Part shown: positions 40,160-51,473 of the stretch, piece by piece
Numbering within the stretch: the stretch's first letter is position 1
Layout: each line of letters opens with the position of its first letter
NCBI GenBank assembly: GCA_020137815.1
Contig: CM035355.1
Coordinates: forward strand, 8,060,001 to 8,124,000
DNA length: 64,000 nucleotides
Direction of reading: 5' to 3'
DNA from: Hormiphora californensis
Taxonomy: Eukaryota > Animalia > Ctenophora
The notes under the pieces: generated by a model
Told to the model about the DNA's origin: nothing
Databases searched by the model: none
The model's input: only the letters and a program-made list of their open reading frames with translations
Program-made: the position numbers and the translations under genes

Positions 40160-42790
40160 CCCTTTGTTATATATTATATTGTAGAAAGGAAGAGATTCCC
40201 GAGCTCAGGTAGGGGTTTATTAAAAAAGAAGAACGAGGGGTAAAAAAAAACCAAAACATTTTTCATCAAGTAAATCTAAACCCCCTCTTTTTTGCACGTG
40301 CAGACCGGGTTGGCCCCTTTTTCCCCCTTTGGTACAGGTCGGGCCAAGTTCCCCCCCAAAATAAAAAAACAGTGAAAAAACCGGGGGCGGAAGGTTTTTT
40401 TTTGTTTCCCCAACCCCCCCCTTTAAAATGGGGCCCCCCCCCCCCTTCCCCCCCCCCTCCCCCTTAAAAATGGGGAAAATTTTAAACTTGTTCTAAATTC
40501 GAGGCACATCTTCTGATATGTTTGGAGACTTGGAGCTTTCCATTCCCCATATTGTTTTTATGTGGGAGCGGTGGAATTCATTCGTTCCTTTAGGGGTTTT
40601 CCCCTGTTTCTCCAATATATTTTTCCCTCTCCCATCCGCTACAGAAATATCATTTTAAAACAGGTCCTTTTTTTTTTTGGGGGAAGCTCATCGTGGGGTT
40701 TTCCTTTGGGGAGGGACAAATTTTTCCCTTTTGGGTATTTAAGTTTCCCCCCCCTGAATACTAGCTGGGGATGTTTTGCAACGTTTAAACCCCCCATGGG
40801 GGAATGGGTTTGGCCCCCCTTTTTTTTTTTGTTCTATGGGGATTTGGCCCCTTCTTGGAAGTGAAGGTTCGACGAAGGTTTGGTGGCTGTCGCGTGCGGG
40901 GAAATTTTCCCTTTTTTGGGATGCCGCAGGGGGTTGTTTGAGGTTCATACAAACCCCGTTTTAAAACTATGGCTGGGGGCTACTATATAGGTTGTGGTCT
41001 GGTTTAAAAAATTATCCCGGGCCTCTTGGAGCTGCTTTCTTTTTCTTTTTTTTTGGAGCAGGGTTTTTTTCCCTTTCCCGGACCCCCGCTTTTGTTTGAT
41101 AGCAATCACCCCAATTTTGTTTTTTTTTTGGGTACCCCCCGCGTTGGAGTTTTTGGGGGGGAGTTTCAGCGGTCTTTTTGGCCTTTTGTTCATTGCCCGG
41201 GGTAACCGGGAAATTTTTGGTTGGGGAATTTTTGCCCCGGGGCCCGTTTTGCGGAAAAGTTCCGTTTTTTAAAGTTTCCTATTTTTTCCGTTTTGGGGTT
41301 TAAAGTAGCCCCAAAGCTTGGTTTCCCCTTTTTTACGTAAATTTTGGGAATGATTGGTTTGTTTCCCCCCGTAGGGGGGCTAGGGCCCGGCTCGATTTTA
41401 TTAGGAAAACCAAAAAAAACCAGAAAAAGGTATCTCGGGTTTGGGGGGAGAAAGTCCCCTATAAAAATTTAAAAGTTTGGTCCCCTTTGGTTGAGGTTCT
41501 TTCCCAAAAGGTTTTTTAAACTGTGATTTCTTTTCATCCAGGAAAAGGAACCCACAAACCCCGAAATAGTTTTAAAAATGCTTGTTGATGTACCCAAGGG
41601 GTTTTCTTTCTTCTTGTTGGCTGCTTTGTTATCAGGGGTATAGTTTTTTGGGTTATTTAAATGCTCCCCACCCCCAAATTAGCATATGGTTGGGGGGTTT
41701 GCTTTTGGGCCCCTGGCCGTCCCTTCACTTTGCTGGGAAAGGGGTTTTTGGTTTTAATGTCCCCAAAGAAAACATTGCTCTGGATCCGATCCCAAAGGGG
41801 GTTCATCACGGGAAACCTTCTGAAGTTTCCAAGGAGTTCCGGGGGTACATATTTCCCGCCATTTTTTCGTTGCAAAAACTCCCCCCATTTTTGGTTTTTT
41901 ATACTGGGTAAAAGGGCTACTATTCAAATTTCCCCCCCAAACCCTGGTTTGTATCCTTTTGGGGACTGATTTTTCGAGGGTTCCCCCCAAGTTTATAACT
42001 TAAAACCCCCCATTAGGGGGGGTTTGGGAGGTGTTTTTCAAATGGCCCTAGTTTATTTTTTTCCAACATTTCTGGGGCCTGCTTCCCGGGTTTTTGGCCC
42101 TGAAACAATTGGACGAAAAGGGATTTTTGGGAAAACCTGAAGTTTCCCCCTCGAGGGTGTATTTTTTTTTGCCAAGGGCATTCTTGGGTTTTTTTCTTTC
42201 CCTTTTTTTGGGGCATTTTTGAATCTTAGGGGAACCGTAGAAGGACCCCGTCTTCATCTCCCAAATTTTTTTTAGATATAGTCTTTCTTTTTCCCCTTTG
42301 GGAAGGGCAAACCTCTTTTTTTTTTGTAAATGCTTCAAAAGTTCCCCTTTGGGGGGGTAAAGAAAGGGGTAGTTGGTTTACTTTTGGGGTGTGGTAGAGT
42401 TTCCCGTAACCCTCTCGTACATTTTTTTCATGATAGTCCCCGTTTGTTGGGGGGACTGTCGCCCCCCCTCCTTTAAACTGCTTCTTTCCCCGGAATTTCT
42501 TTATTTTTCCTTTTCCTTAAACGAATTTTCCCTTTTGCCTTCCTTTTTTTTTCCGGGGGTTTCAAATTACTTTTTAATTGTTTGGGGTTCCCTTCTGGTA
42601 GTGTGTTTGCCCTTTTTTGTCCCTGGTTTTTTCCCCCAATTCTGGAACAACCGTCGTTTACTTTGGGTCAGGGAAAACCCAAAGGCTTTTTGGTTGTAAA
42701 CTGTCCTTCCTCGTTTTAAAATAGGTTCGTTTTTTCCAAAAGGGGTTTTTCCCCCTGTTTTTTTTTTGTCCCCCCGGATCACTCTAAAGG
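40160..42790 (-). mobile_element. Inverted, error-ridden second copy of the Penelope element
   Basis: Reverse complement aligns by eye to 42800-44630 (e.g. 40500-40545 vs 44305-44350; 42100-42190 vs 42830-42915) and extends further upstream (FYGSPKI motif); saturated with homopolymer noise. Confidence 0.75.
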
Positions 42791-42799
42791 ATTAACCCA

Positions 42800-44620
42800 A
42801 ATCATAAATGCCCCAAACTAAAGGAGAAAACCCAAGAATGCATCTTGGCCAACAAAAACACCCTCGAGGCGAACTTCACGGATTTCAAAATCCCGTTTCG
42901 TCCAATTGTTTCAGGACGACAATGCCCAGTAAGCAGGCTCTCAGAAATGCTGAAAATAATACTACGGCCATTTGAACAACACCTCCCACACCTAATGAGG
43001 GATAGTTATGACTTCCTGGGAACCCTCGAAGACTCAGTACCCAAGGATACTACCATGGTTGCAATAGATATAGTAGCCCTCTATCCCAGTATAACCAACC
43101 AACTGGGCCGAGATGCAACTGAATACTGGCTGGATATGTATCCCGAACTCCTTGGAAACTTCAGCAAGGCATTCGTGATGAACCTCCTAGATCTGATCCA
43201 GAGCAATGTTTTCATGACATTCAACCATGACACCTTCCAGCAAGTAGAAGGGACGGCCATGGGCAAAGCACACGCCCCACCATATGCTAACTTGGTCGTA
43301 GCATTCTTGATCAACACAAAACTCCTACCCATGATAACGAGCAGCCACAATGAAGAAGCAGCTTCGTACATCAACAAGCATATCAAACTATTTCTTGATG
43401 ATGGGTTCCTCTTCCTGGATGAAAAGCAGATCACAGCTAAAGACCTATTGGAGCACCTCAACCAAATGGACCCAGCTATCAAGTTTACTATGGACGTCTC
43501 CCCTACCGAGATACCGTTTCTGGATGTCCTAATAAAACTCGAGCCTGACCTAGACAACCCTACGAGGACTACAATCATTACCGACATTTACAGTAAACCA
43601 ACTGACAGCTTCAGCTACTTTCACTTCCAATCGTGTGCACCTAGACACGTTAAACGGAACATTCCGTACACACTGGCCCGCAGAATCGCCACGATCGTAT
43701 CCAGCAATGAACTAAAGGCCAAAAGACTCGCTGAACTCCGCCCCAAACTCCAACGCCGAGGATACCCAGAAAAACTAATTGGTGATGCTATCAACAAAGC
43801 TGGGTCACTGGAAAGAAAAACACTGCTCCAAACAAAAGAAAAAGAAGCAGCTCCAAGAGACCAGATAATCTTTACCAGTACCTACAACCCTACTATAGTA
43901 GACCCAGCCATACGTCTAAAACAGGCGTGTATGAACCTCAAACATACCACTGCGAGCATGCCAACAAAGATAATTGCCGCACGCAGACAGCCACCAAACC
44001 TTCGTCGAATCCTCTCACTCTCCAAGAAGAGGGACCAATACATAGAACAAAATAAAACAGGGGGCCAACCATTCACCCGATGTGAGGATAAACGTTGCAA
44101 AACATGCCCAGCTAGTATTCAGGAGGGGAACTTCACTACCCAAAATGGAACTGTACTCACCAGAAACCACACGATGAGCTGCAAAAGCAAAGACCTGATT
44201 TACCTGATAGTCTGTAGCGGATGTGGAGGAGAATATATTGGAGAAACAGGGAGAACCCTCAGTGAACGAATGAATCTCCACCGCTCCCACATCAACAATA
44301 TCGAGAATGGAAAGCTCCAAGTCTCCAAACATATCAGAAGATGTGCCTCGAATTTAGACACTAAGTTCAAAATTTTCCCCATTTTTAAGTGTGATCAAGG
44401 ATCACACCATCACCGAGAGGTGGTCGAACAAGAATTGAGAGAGCTTGTCCGACCGTGTCTCCACTGATGGGATGGTTGGGTGACACTCTAGCGCCAGCAC
44501 TGTTACCAGGGAAGCCAACCTGGTCTGCACGTGCAAACACCTGAGGATTCAGATTGACTGATGAAACTAGTTGTGTTTTATTAACCCCTCGTCTTACTTC
44601 TTCACATATAATATATTATA
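42800..44620 (+). mobile_element. Penelope-like retroelement (5'-truncated RT + GIY-YIG endonuclease ORF 42845-44467) with 3' pLTR
   Basis: RT motifs PFRPIVS, IDIVALYPSI, QQVEGTAMG, FLDDGF, IPFLDV, IYSKPTD; GIY-YIG LIYLIVCSGCGGEYIGETGRTLSERMNLHRS preceded by C-x4-C-x2-C. Confidence 0.93.
44535..44578 (+). ncRNA. Minimal type I hammerhead ribozyme in the Penelope pLTR
   Basis: AAACAC-CTGAGGA-[tTCAG attga CTGAt]-GAAA-CTAG-TT-GTGTTT: CUGANGA and GAAA cores, stem I AAACAC/GTGTTT, stem II TCAG/CTGA, palindromic stem III (CTAG), as is typical of Penelope-like elements. Confidence 0.8.
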
Positions 44621-45477
44621 TATGCAAGAGGGGTACAACAATAATTAACAAACGTGAAAGGGAGAGATTTGAGGACAATTGCAAAAGGTATGAGAGAGGC
44701 GAGGTGGTTTGGAAGCCAGTAGTGGGTTTTACGCAAAGGATACGAAAGAGATACGCAAATTGCGTATCCCTTGCGTATTTTCTGCTTATTTCTTGCGTGT
44801 TCTTTGCGTAATTCTTGCGTAATCCCTGCGTAACCCTTGTGTGTTCCTTGCGTATTACTTGCGTATTACTTGCGTAATCCCTGCGTATCCCTTGCGTATT
44901 CTGTGCGGAACCATAGCGTATTCCTTGCGTATTCCTTGCGTATTCTTTGCGTAATCCTTGCGTAATCCTTGCGTATACCTTGCGTTTTCCTTGCGTAATC
45001 CTTGCGTAATCCTTGCGCTTTTTAGAAAATGGAGAACCCCGTGAGTACCAGATGTGGGTGCCTGATAAAAGCTGTCTGGCGGCGCCAGACCCCAATTTGA
45101 TTCTCAAATCTGAGCGCAGGCTCGTTATTTGCGCGTGCCAAGATGTACCCGACAGAACACTCACGCAGCGTGATATATTGTGACACCAGACCCTAATCTG
45201 AGCACGCGACAGTGTGCTCAGATGGGTCGCGGCGCCAGACAGGATAAAAGTATAAATAATAGATAGCTGGGTTCCGTTTATGTTCATGTACCACCTATTA
45301 TGTACATGAACGTTTTTAGTTCCATTGTCATCCATTTTCCTGCTAAAAGTACTAAAAAAGTATGTACACGTTTTTGAAATTCGAAAAAGCAAAATCATTG
45401 ATTCAGATTACGATTACGATAAAATTTTCTCAGTTGGATATCACTTTCTCGGTACTAATTTCGATTTGGGCCGGATA

Positions 45478-46170
45478 ATTTTCTCGGTAAGAAATTGCGA
45501 TTCGAGGAAATTTCTCGCTTAGAAAATACGATTCGAGAAATTTTTCTCGGTAAGAAATTGCGATTCGGGGAATTTTCTCACTTAGAAAATACGATTCGAG
45601 AAATTTTCTCGGTAAGAAATTGCGATTTGGGGAAATTTCTCGCTTAGAAAATATGATTCAAGAACATTTTCTCGGTAAGAAATTGCGATTTGAGGAAATT
45701 TCTCGCTTAGAAATAACGATTCGAGAAAATTTTCTCGGTAAGAAATTGCGATTCGGGGAAATTTCTCGCTTAGAAAATATGATTCGAGAAAATATTCTCG
45801 GTAAGAAATTGCGATTCGGGGAAATTTCTCGCTTAGGAAATACGATTCGAGAAAATTTTGTTGGTAAGAAATTGCGATTCGGGGAAATTTCTCGCTTAGA
45901 AAATACGATTCGAGAAAATATTCTCGGTAAGAAATTGCGATTTGGGGAAATTTCTCGCTTAGGAAATACGATTCGAGAAAATTTTCTCGGTAAGAAATTG
46001 CGATTCGGGGAAATTTCTTGCTTAGAAAATACGATTCGAGAAAATTTTATCGGTAAGAAAATGCGATTCGGGTAAATTTCTCGCTTAGAAAATACGATTC
46101 GAGAAAATTTTCTCGGTAAGAAATTGCTATTCGGGAAAATTTCTCTTGCTTAGAAATTGCGATTCGATAA
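45478..46170. repeat. 63-bp minisatellite, ~11 copies
   Basis: Unit TTTTCTCGGTAAGAAATTGCGATTCGGGGAAATTTCTCGCTTAGAAAATACGATTCGAGAAAA. Confidence 0.95.
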
Positions 46171-46326
46171 TACTTTCTTGGATAGAAATATCGATTTGGA
46201 AAGATTTTCTCTCTTAGAAATTCCGATTTTTACCACTTAGGAACGTTTGTCGTGTATTTATTATCTTTCATTCGAAATTCGAAAAAGTAAACATCATTGA
46301 TTTAGATTTCGAAAATTTTGAATATA

Positions 46327-47467
46327 TCACTGCGCTGGCAAGCGCAAAGGTGACCATCCCCTCCCCCCAGCCACGCGTGCCAGAGTGCAGTAATAACTTT
46401 TTTCAGTTTTTAGCCAAAAATGGCATTTTGCGACGCCCATAGGGAGGCCCCCACTGCACCGATCGGTCTGAAATTTGGTATACAGTGTCACATAGTCTAG
46501 ATCTACTGTAGTTTAAAAGGGGAAGTCTCTATCTCTTTTAATTTTAGAGATATGGCATCGTGAAAAAAGCAATAAATGTCCCGGGTCTATCTATGTATCT
46601 ATGTATCTATCTATCTATCTATGGATAGACGCTGTTTTTACCAAATTTATAATCATTTTTGAGAGAAAACGACATAAGATAGACACTTCTCGTTTGTTGC
46701 ATTCGAAAGATAATCGTTCAAATTGTGTAGACGAATAGTTTTCATGTTCTAGGTCCAACCAGAACGTCTTAACAAACTGTCATAAAGATAAGAGTTTTTT
46801 CAAATCAACCAAATTTCTTTGAGCTCAATTTACACCCTGAAGACGGCTTCTGATTGAAAAACGGAGACCGCACTTACGAAAGATAATCGTCTATACTTTC
46901 AGAAACTATATCTCGAATTTGTGAAACTCTATTTCTAAGGGTCTCAAATCGCGTCTGAAGTGTTAAGACTGTATGAAAATAGATATGACGATAATGCGTT
47001 TTTCGCCAGAGCGACCTCAAATCTTGTCCAATCGATCTCAAACTTGGTCAGCATCTTGATCTAGATGAACCTGATGATAATATATCCCTATCTTGACGTT
47101 ATAACGTCGTGACGTCACGCTATGACGTCATAATGACGTCAAAATTGAAATTTTCGTATTTTAGCGATTCCTGACGGTCTTTACACGTCCAGACATGTCT
47201 TACATTGTATTTCACATCAGAAAATACCAAAAATATACCCCAATTATGCCAAAAACTAACAGAAATTAGTTGGCTGGAAAGGTGACCATTTTGTTGTCAA
47301 ACTGACACCTTTGCCCAGCCCGGGTTTCATCTTTCCCTCTCTGATAAGTGAAAGAGAGAGATAGAAATCAGAGAGGGAAAGATGAAACCCGAAGAGGGCA
47401 AAGGTGTCAGTTTGACAACAAAATGGTCACCTTTCCAGCCAACTAATTTCTGTTAGTTTTTGGCATA
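46327..47467 (+). mobile_element. Same family, copy 3 (intact)
   Basis: High identity to 37290-38513, including the terminal hairpin. A related 5' end occurs at 22557-22700, followed by (GACA)n. Confidence 0.7.
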
Positions 47468-48141
47468 ATAATATTTCCTTGTGTTTTGATAAAGAACAAT
47501 TAAAACATGTTTAAAACATGTTTTTATCTTCCAATTATAAGAAAAAGTGGCTAATTTTGTATGAAACCACAGTTTAATAGGAATTTATGACACAATTATG
47601 ATCATAAACTAAAGTTTCAACGATCAGAAAAGCTTTGTTTAATCATTTATACCCCGTTTTATTTTTTTGTATTTTTTGTACTTTTTTGTATTTTTTTGTA
47701 TTTTTTTGTATTTTTTTGTTCGAGGAAAAGCCTGTTTTTTTCCGTACAAACATACAACAAATAGGTTGGAACCCCCCCGTCCAACCAGAACGTCCTAAAA
47801 AACTTTCATAAAGTATTGCGAATTTGTGAAACTCTAATTTCAATGGTCTTAAATCGCGTCTGAAGTGTTAAGACTGTTTGAAAATAGATATGACGATAGT
47901 GCGTTTTTCGCCATAGCGACCTCAAATCTTGTCCAATCGATCTCAAACTTGGTCAGCATCTTTATCTAGATGAGCCTAATAATAATTTTTCACTAGCAAG
48001 ACGTTATAACGTCGTGACGTTACGCTATGACGTCATAATGACGTCAAAATTGAAGTTCTCGTGTTTTAACGATTCCTGGCGGTCTTTACACGTTCTGCTA
48101 CCCCCATAAATGTCTTACATCGTTTTTAAAATCAGAAAATC

Positions 48142-48208
<67 letters not shown>

Positions 48209-48248
48209 GAGAGAGAGACAGAGAGAGACATAGAGAGAGAGAGAGACA

Positions 48249-48344
<96 letters not shown>

Positions 48345-48749
48345 CAGAGGGACAGAGAGACAGAGAGAAAAATCAGAGAGGGAAAGATAATACACGGTGT
48401 TCATTTTGGATCTTTACAAGCGTTGGGCTCCACCCATCCATTTTAGCAAAGTCTCAGAATCAGCAAAAATTTCCTTCTGGTAGTTTTGATGCCATAACCA
48501 CATTTCCCGGGGTGCTAGAGCTTCAAAACCCACAGTAACCTAGAATGAGGGTATAGAACGGTCCAAGTATGAAGTTTCATGACCTAATCTTAACAACTTT
48601 TTTCTGGGTGGAGCCCAACGCTTGTAAAGATCCAAAATGAACACCCTGTATGTAATGATGAAAAAACCCGGGAGAGGGTAAATGTGTCAGTTTGAAAACA
48701 AAAGTGGTCACCTTTCCAGCCAACTAATTTCTGTTAGTTTTTGGCATAC

Positions 48750-49032
48750 ATCTGAAAACAGTGAATATATATACCGAGATGTGTTGAATACCCCGGAGCC
48801 ACTAGGACATCACCTCTGTATCGTTTCGGATGGAAATGGTAACCCTTAGCTGGTCCAAATGTATACCTCCATATGGAACTGTTAACATCAATTATGAAAC
48901 TTCACTTTCACACTTCCGCAGCGTGTTCCCTGGTTACAGACCGGCCAATCCATATAATCAATGTATGAAGTACCATGTCTTACATAAGTCCGCTGCCAGC
49001 CCTCACTAAACCACTCATCCGGTACACACATG
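48750..49032 (-). pseudogene. 3' remnant of a third BTB paralog
   Basis: MCVPDEWFSEGWQRTYVRHGTSY...WPVCNQGTRCG then a frameshift/stop, ...GPAKGYHFHPKRYRG. Truncated by the element at 49033-49185. Its downstream flank is found at 38514-38813 and 37203-37290 (matches 51078-51440). Confidence 0.75.
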
Positions 49033-49431
49033 GGAAACATTTACACACACTTTGAATTTTGCATAGGAGTTAGAAATAAATAACCTGCCAGTGGGAAATA
49101 ATCTGCCGCTGGACTAGCTGTTTATTGAGAGCGCGCCAGTGGGACTTCTCGCCACTGGCGCATTATTTAAGTTAGCAGGGTATATAAGTTATTATAAATC
49201 AGTGAGATACTAATGTTTAGTGACTAAAAACTTTTACAAAATCTTACAATAATATGTTTGTCCAATATGTTGTACAAAATGTAAGAAACAAAAATCAAAG
49301 TCTCCTTAGCTCTCTGTTGTCCATGAACACCTGGACACCAATTACCAATCCGGAGCTGCATGTGTACTAGATCCTCAAGAAGATCTATCTTAAGATTTAT
49401 TGAATATATAGTCTATATATATATATATAGT

Positions 49432-50943
49432 CTATATATATCGAGCACCACTGGGTATATAGAGTTGTTTTGACCACCCCATCGGAACCTCTACGACAGC
49501 ACCTCTGTATCGTTTCGGATGGAAATGGTAATCCTTAGCTGGTCCAAGTGTACACCTCCATATGAAACTGTTAACATCAATTATATCTCGCTGACACTTC
49601 ACTTTAAATCCGCAGTGTGTTCCCTGGTTACAGACCGGCCAATCCTTATGTGGAATAATGTATGAAGTACCATGTCTTAACATTTCAGTCCCTTGCCAGT
49701 CCTCACTATACCACTCATCCGGTACACACATGCCACTGGGAAGTATCATTTCAAACCACCGCCGTACATAACCAGGTGCAGTTCCCCAGCCTCGTTCTCT
49801 CTTGACTGCATTAATTCGCAGTATAGGATCACGAACAGAGGAAATATCGATATCACGGTATCCTAGCTCACACAAAAAGTTACAAAAGTTATAGAACTTG
49901 GTGCTGTTGTCAACTAAATAAGAAAACTTTTCTTCAGCTGTTTCACCAGGAATTGTCTTATACCCAAAATAACACACTTCAACTTTATCGCCGGTTGCTG
50001 CAAGACACGATTTCCTAAAATCCAATAACCACTGAAAATCATCCCGAGTTAACAGCGGATGGCTATCCATGATATTCGTGTAGTACAGGATAAATTGTTT
50101 CAGGTCAGAAGTAGCAAGACTGTCGAGACAAGAATTCTCCAGTAGAAATTTGAGATTGTCCGACAGGCGAAAGCTTCCCTCTGTTATTTCCAGACTGATT
50201 TTATCAAACAAAGGGGGGAGCAGGATACAGTTGTCACCGTCACACTCAGAACACACCAGCAGAACTTTTAGTTCAATCTGGGAGAGACTCCGGTACCGCT
50301 GACAGAGTAGCTCAACAAAGGTAGATCGGGCATCCAGTTGGTAAACCCGTTTTGTTATAAAGTTGAGGGGTTCCATATCAGCCCCACACAGCTGATCCAG
50401 AGGGTCCATATTAGAGAACTGTTTCCATATAAAAGATGCCTCCTTCAACCAAGGCCCTACTGTATCAGCTGTAACATTTTCAATAGCCAAGATTTGTTGC
50501 TCAAACCAATCGTAGCAGCATTTACTGGCCCATTTAATTTCCAAGTGGAGAGATAATTTCAGAATATCCCGGAAGTAATCTTGTGTTATTTGGGGTCTCC
50601 GTTCCTCCAAGTTGATTGCCTCAATCAGAGATCGAACAGCCAGGTCATGGTACTCTGAAAGATCATAGCCAGCGTTTTCATTGTCCACTCCCTTTGCAAT
50701 ACGGTAGAAAACCCGACTAACACGAGCTAAGTCAACTGTTCTGACTTGCATTTCATCTCCGGAGTTCAGGTACAGTGTAAAAAAGGGAGCTGCTTCAAAC
50801 TCCAGTTCAAGTTGCCTATCTCCTCGGGTTTTAAACTCCAATTTCAGGGAATCTACAGAGGAAGGTATTGAATCATCTCCCGAGGAGGAATCTTGTTCTT
50901 CTGTTGGAGGGTCCCTTTTTCTCCTCGATGCAACTACTCCCAT
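49432..50943 (-). CDS. Intronless BTB/POZ-domain protein, tandem paralog A (503 aa)
   Basis: Long open frame; MGVVASRR N-myristoylation-like start; BTB-like segment FTLYLNSGDEMQVRTVDLARVSRVF...YDLSEYHDLAVRSLIEAI...FRDILKLSLHLEIKWASKCCYDWF; AG acceptor 8 nt upstream of ATG. Confidence 0.8.
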   Translation of the reverse strand: MGVVASRRKRDPPTEEQDSSSGDDSIPSSVDSLKLEFKTRGDRQLELEFEAAPFFTLYLNSGDEMQVRTVDLARVSRVFYRIAKGVDNENAGYDLSEYHDLAVRSLIEAINLEERRPQITQDYFRDILKLSLHLEIKWASKCCYDWFEQQILAIENVTADTVGPWLKEASFIWKQFSNMDPLDQLCGADMEPLNFITKRVYQLDARSTFVELLCQRYRSLSQIELKVLLVCSECDGDNCILLPPLFDKISLEITEGSFRLSDNLKFLLENSCLDSLATSDLKQFILYYTNIMDSHPLLTRDDFQWLLDFRKSCLAATGDKVEVCYFGYKTIPGETAEEKFSYLVDNSTKFYNFCNFLCELGYRDIDISSVRDPILRINAVKRERGWGTAPGYVRRWFEMILPSGMCVPDEWYSEDWQGTEMLRHGTSYIIPHKDWPVCNQGTHCGFKVKCQRDIIDVNSFIWRCTLGPAKDYHFHPKRYRGAVVEVPMGWSKQLYIPSGARYI

Positions 50944-51473
50944 ACTGTCGCCTAAAACAGGAGAGAGGGGTTACATGAATTATAATTGGAGAGACAAAAA
51001 ACCAAAACTTTCCAGATTATAACTTCACTATACATAGTACATTCATGTACCATAAACTTCTGCACGTAGTGTGTAGGGTGGGAAAACAGATTAGGCTCAT
51101 AACAGACAAAATTAGAAAAAACTCGAAAAAGGCCACAGGTTAATTGTCACCACTGTCACTTGATCACTCCATATATATATAGACACAGATGAAATGTTAA
51201 AGGTTATTATAAAATCAGCAGTGCTCAAAAAAATCATCAATCATACAAGAAATGATATAAAATATGTTAAAGGTTATTATAAAATCAGCAGTGCTCAAAA
51301 AATCATCAATCATACAAGAAATTATATAAAATATTTTACAGTAATAAAATGTACAAAACAAAAATCAAAGTCTCCTTAGCTCTCTGTTGTCCATGAACAC
51401 CTGGACATTGGACACCAATTACCAATCCTGAGCTGTCCCTGTGTACTAAATCCTCATTCCTCAAGAAGATATC

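Larger units (their letters stand above)
39385..45049. mobile_element. Foldback/MULE-like TIR element carrying the Penelope inverted pair
   Basis: ~400-bp TIRs (GGTACTCACGGGGTTCTCCATTTTCTAAAAAGCGCAAGGATTACGCAAGG... and its reverse complement at 44650-45049) built of 11-bp TTGCGTAATCC units; direct TSD AGATGTGG at 39377-39384 and 45050-45057. Confidence 0.75.
39237..47778. mobile_element. TIR DNA element (hAT/MULE-like) with nested cargo
   Basis: TIR GGGGGGTTCCAACCTATTT / AAATAGGTTGGAACCCCCC; TSD GTCCAACC at 39229-39236 and 47779-47786; the host element resumes exactly as in the intact copy at 46752 (GGTCCAACCAGAACGTC). Confidence 0.75.
38814..48748 (+). mobile_element. Same family, copy 2, split by the 39237-47778 insertion
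   Basis: Same 5' end and the same 3' end GGTCACCTTTCCAGCCAACTAATTTCTGTTAGTTTTTGGCATA; colinear with copies 1 and 3 outside the insertion. Confidence 0.65.

Noticed and set aside
39112-42782. Many short K/F/G/P-rich ORFs
   Set aside because: Noise from the homopolymer-corrupted inverted arm.
45620-46075. 151-aa repeat ORF (RFGEISRLEN)
   Set aside because: Translation of the 63-bp tandem array inside a transposon.
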